DNA of 64,000 nucleotides from Eledone cirrhosa. Its lineage: Eukaryota. Within the stretch, counting starts at the first letter, position 1. Every line of letters begins with the position of its first letter. Shown here one piece after another: positions 59,401 to 64,000 of this stretch. Under the pieces are notes generated by a model. That model had not been told where the DNA came from. It made no database searches and worked only from the letters and a program-made list of their open reading frames with translations. Where the stretch lies: the NCBI GenBank assembly GCA_964016885.1, contig OZ024741.1, positions 1,364,001-1,428,000 of the forward strand, written 5' to 3'. A program made the position numbers and the translations under genes.

Positions 59401-61950
59401 GGTAACATCTACCTACAGATAGATTATCAAAGGTAACATCTCCTACCTACAGATAGATTATTAAAGGTAACATCTCCTACCTACAGATAGATTATTAAAG
59501 GTATCATCTCCTACCTACAGGTAGATTATTAAAGGTAACATCTCCTACCTACAGGTAGATTATTAAAGGTAACATCTCCTATCTACAGATAGATTATTAA
59601 AGGTAACATCTACCTACAGATAGATTATTAAAGGTAACATCTCCTACCTACAGATAGATTATTAAAGGTAACATCTCCTACCTACAGATAGATTATTAAA
59701 GGTAACATCTCCTACCAACAGATAGATTATTAAAGGTAACATCTCCTACCTACAGGTAGATTATTAAAGGTAACATCTCCTACCTATAGATAGATTATTA
59801 AAGGTAACATCTCTTACCTACAGATAGATTATTAAAGGTAACATCTCCTATCTACAGATAGATTATTTAAGGTAACATCTACCTACAGATAGATTATTAA
59901 AGGTAGCATCTACCTACAGATAGATTATTAAAGTTAACATCTACTACCTACAGTTAGATTATTAAAGACAACATCTCCTACCTACAGGTAGATTATTAAA
60001 GGTAACATCTCCTACCTACAGGTAGATTATTAAAGGTAACATCTTCCTACAGATAGATTATTAATGTTAACATCTACCTACAGATAGATTATTAAAGGTA
60101 ACATCTACCTACAGATAGATTATTAAAGGTAACATCTACCTAAAGAGAGATTATTAAAGGTAACATCTCCTACCTATAGATAGATTATTAAAGGTAACAT
60201 CTACCTACAGATAGATTATTAAAGGTAACATCTACCTACAGATAGATTAGTAAAGGTAACATCTCCTACCTACAGATAGATTATTAAAGGTAACAACTCC
60301 TACCTACAGATAGATTATTAAAGGTAACATCTCCTACCTACAGATAGACAATTAAAGGTAACTTCTAACTACAGATAAATTATTAAAGGTAACATCTCCT
60401 ACCTACAGGTAGATTATTAAAGGTAACATCTCCTACCTACAGATAGATTATTAAAGGTAACATCTCCTAACTACAGATAGATTATTAAAGGTAACATCTA
60501 CCTACAGATAGATTATTAAAGGTAACATCTACCTACAGATAGATTATTAAAGGTAACATCTCCTACCTACAGATATATCATTTAAGGTAACATCTACCTA
60601 CAGATAGATTATTAAAGGTAACATCTCCTACCTACAGATAGATTATTAAAGGTAACATCTACCTACAGATAGATTATTAAAGGTAACATCTCCTACCTAC
60701 AGATAGATTATAAAAGGTAACATCTCCTACCTACAGATAGATTATTAAAGGTAACATCTGCCTGCAGATAGAATATTAAAGGTAACATGTCCTACCTACA
60801 GATAGATTATTAAAGGTAACATCTCCTGCCTACATATAGGTTATTAAAGGTAACATGTCCTACCTACAGATAGATTATTAAAGGTAACATCTCCTACCTA
60901 CAGATAGATTATTAAAGGTAACATCTCCTACCTACAGATAGATTATTAAAGGTAACATCTCCTACCTACAGATAGATTATTAAAGGTAACATCTCCTACC
61001 TACAGATAGATTATTAAAGGTAACATCTCCTACCTACAGATAGATTATTAAAGGTAACATGTCCTACCTACAGATAGATTATTAAAGGTAACATCTCCTG
61101 CCTACAGATAGATTATTAAAGGTAACATCTCCTACCTACAGATAGATTATTAAAGGTAACATCTCCTACCTACAGATAGATTATTAAAGGTAACATCTCC
61201 TACCTACAGATAGATTATTAAAGGTAACATCTACCTACAGATAGATTATCAAAGGTAACATCTCCTACCTACAGATAGATTATTAAAGGTAACATCTCCT
61301 ACCTACAGATAGATTATTAAAGGTAACATCTCCTACCTACAGGTAGATTATTAAAGGTAACATCTCCTACCTACAGGTAGATTATTAAAGGTAACATCTC
61401 CTATCTACAGATAGATTATTAAAGGTAACATCTACCTACAGATAGATTATTAAAGGTAACATCTCCTACCTACAGATAGATTATTAAAGGTAACATCTCC
61501 TACCTACAGATAGATTATTAAAGGTAACATCTCCTACCTACAGATAGATTATTAAAGGTAACATCTCCTACCTACAGGTAGATTATTAAAGGTAACATCT
61601 CCTACCTATAGATAGATTATTAAAGGTAACATCTATTACCTACAGATAGATTATTAAAGGTAACATCTCCTATCTACAGATAGATTATTTAAGGTAACAT
61701 CTACCTACAGATAGATTATTAAAGGTAACATCTACCTACAGATAGATTATTAAAGTTAACATCTACTACCTACAGTTAGATTATTAAAGACAACATCTCA
61801 TACCTACAGGTAGATTATTAAAGGTAACATCTCCTACCTACAGGTAGATTATTAAAGGTAACATCTTCCTACAGATAGATTATTAATGTTAACATCTACC
61901 TACAGATAGATTATTAAAGGTAACATCTACCTACAGATAGATTATTAAAG
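56470..61950. repeat. Third array domain, ~1.8-kb higher-order repeat, three copies
   Basis: AATGTTAAC at 56484, 58241, 60063 and 61885 (spacings 1757, 1822, 1822). Private variants are ACAGGTAG, ACATGTCC, ACATGACC, ATCTGCCTGC, CCTATAGA and GACAATT. Confidence 0.87.
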
Positions 61951-64000
61951 GTAACATCTACCTACAGATAGGTTAGTAAAGGTAACATCTCCTACCTACA
62001 GATAGATTATTAAAGGTAACATCTCCTATCTACAGATAGATTATTAAAGGTAACATCTACCTACATCTAGATTATTAAAGGTAACATCTACCTACAGATA
62101 GATTATTAAAGATAACATTTCCTACCTACAGATAGATTATTAAAGGTAACATCTACTACCTACAGATAAATTATTAAAGACAACATCTCCTACCTACAGA
62201 AAGATTATTAAAGGTAATATCTACCTACAGATAGATTATTAAAGGTAACATCTCCTACCTACAGATAGATTATTAAAGGTAACATCTCCTACCTACAGGT
62301 AGATTATTAAAGGTAACATCTCCTACCTACAGATAGACTATTAAAGGTAACTTCTCCCTACAGAGAAATTATTAAAGGTAACATCTCCTACCTACAGATA
62401 GATTATTAAAGGTAACATCTCCTACCTACAGAAAGATTATTAAAGGTAACATCTACCTACAGATAGATTATTAAAGGTAACATCTCCTATCTACAGATAG
62501 ATTATTTAAGGTAACATCTACCTACAGATAGATTATTAAAGTTAACATCTACTACCTACAGATAGATTATTAAAGGTAACATCCCCTACCTACAGATAGA
62601 TTATTAAAGGTAACATCTACCTACAGATAGATTATTAAAGGTAACATCTACTACCTACAGATAGAATATTAAAGGTAACATCTACCTACAGATAGATTAT
62701 TAAAGGTAACATCTACCTACAGAGAGATTATTAAAGGTAACATCCCCTACCTACAGATAGATTATTAAAGGTAACATCTACCTACAGATAGATTATTAAA
62801 GGTAACATCTACCTACAGATAGATTATTAAAGGTAACATCTCCTACCTACAGATAGATTATTAAAGGTAACATCTCCTACCTACAGGTAGATTATTAAAG
62901 GTAACATCTCCTACCTATAGATAGATTATTAAAGGTAACATCTCTTACCTACAGATAGATTATTAAAGGTAACATCTCCTATCTACAGATATATCATTTA
63001 AGGTAACATCTACCTACAGATAGATTATTAAAGGTAACATCTCCTACCTACAGATAGATTATTAAAGGTAACATCTACCTACAGATATATTATTAAAGTT
63101 AACATCTACTACCTACAGATAGATTATTAAAGGTAACATCTACTACCTACAGTTAGATTATTAAAGGTAACATCTACCTACTGATAGATTATTAAAGGTA
63201 ACATCTCCTACCTACAGATAGATTATAAAAGGTAACATCTCCTACCTACAGATAGATTATTAAAGGTAACATCTACCTGCAGATAGATTATTAAAGGTAA
63301 CATGTCCTACCTACAGATAGATTATTAAAGGTAACATCTCCTGCCTACAGATAGATTATTAAAGGTAACATCTCCTGCCTAGAGATAGATTATTAAAGGT
63401 AACATGTCCTACCTACAGATAGATTATTAAAGGTAACATCTCCTACCTACAGATAGATTATTAAAGGTAACATCTCCTACCTACAGAAAGATTATTAAAG
63501 GTAACATCTACCTACAGATAGATTATTAAAGGTAACATCTCCTATCTACAGATAGATTATTTAAGGTAACATCTACCTACAGATAGATTATTAAAGGTAA
63601 CATCTCCTACCTACAGATAGATTATTAAAGGTAACATCTACCTACAGATAGATTATTAAAGTTAACATCTACTACCTACAGATAGATTATTAAAGGTAAC
63701 ATCCCCTACCTACAGATAGATTATTAAAGGTAACATCTACCTACAGATAGATTATTAAAGGTAACATCTACGTACAGATAGATTATTAACGTTAACATCT
63801 ACCTACAGATAGATTATTAAAGGTAACATCTACCTAAAGAGAGATTATTAAAGGTAACATCTCCTACCTATAGATAGATTATTAAAGGTAACATCTCCTA
63901 CCTACAGATAGATTATTAAAGGTAACATCTACCTACAGATAGATTATTAAAGTTAACATCTACTACCTACAGATAGATTATTAAAGGTAACATCTACTAC
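61950..64000. repeat. More divergent, weakly ordered monomers of the same satellite
   Basis: Domain-3 variants appear in shuffled order alongside singletons (CATCTAG ~62065, CTACTGAT ~63180, TACGTAC ~63770). I could not find a long exact period here. Confidence 0.6.

Larger units (their letters stand above)
1..64000. repeat. Tandem satellite/minisatellite array, 31/34-bp monomer GATAGATTATTAAAGGTAACATCT(CCT)ACCTACA, ~1,900+ head-to-tail copies
   Basis: GATAGATT starts at 7, 41 and 72 (34-bp then 31-bp spacing), and this pattern continues to the last base with no unique sequence and no inversion seen. Minor length variants are 30 bp (ATCTCCTACA) and 35 bp (ATCTACCTACCTACA). Confidence 0.99.

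Noticed and set aside
1-64000. CRISPR array (repeat length 31-34 bp)
   Set aside because: Monomers abut directly with no unique spacers. There is no leader and no cas gene in the window.
1-64000. Giant repetitive protein-coding ORF
   Set aside because: The + strand consensus translates DRLLKVTSPTYR*IIKGNISYLQIDY*R*HLLPT (longest open stretch ~17 aa). The minus strand has TAG/TAA in all three frames in every consensus monomer.
1-64000. ORF under a TAA/TAG-reassigned code (translation table 6), since the consensus has no TGA and the main indel is 3 bp
   Set aside because: Monomer lengths are not multiples of 3 and 30/35-bp frameshifting monomers are common. Several HOR periods (763, 1622, 2545, 1822, 3389) are not multiples of 3, and nothing indicates a host using that code.
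1-64000. Telomerase-made telomeric repeat (minus strand contains TAGGTAGG, reminiscent of TTAGG)
   Set aside because: The unit is long and heterogeneous, and its variants are inherited in kb-scale blocks, which points to recombinational amplification rather than templated synthesis. A subtelomeric location is still possible.

Overview
The whole 64 kb window is one uninterrupted, single-orientation tandem satellite/minisatellite array that runs off both ends. The consensus monomer is GATAGATTATTAAAGGTAACATCT(CCT)ACCTACA: mainly 34-bp and 31-bp forms, rarer 30- and 35-bp forms, about 32% GC, no CpG in the consensus, and roughly 1,900-1,950 copies (64 kb / ~33 bp). I see no protein-coding gene, RNA gene, transposon or CRISPR array, and all six frames are closed by TAA/TAG stops every one or two monomers. 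The information lies in how variant monomers are ordered. They form nested higher-order repeats (HORs): a 366-bp 11-mer, then periods of 1164, 2112, 2545 and 2874 bp, then a ~12.2-kb duplication. The array also splits into compositional domains with private variants: ~1-45 kb, ~45-56.4 kb (~3.4-kb HOR), ~56.5-62 kb (~1.8-kb HOR) and a more divergent tail. This resembles the layered expansion of eukaryotic satellite arrays. The organism and chromosomal location cannot be determined from the sequence. All periods were measured by hand from diagnostic variants, so block boundaries are approximate (plus or minus 1-2 monomers).
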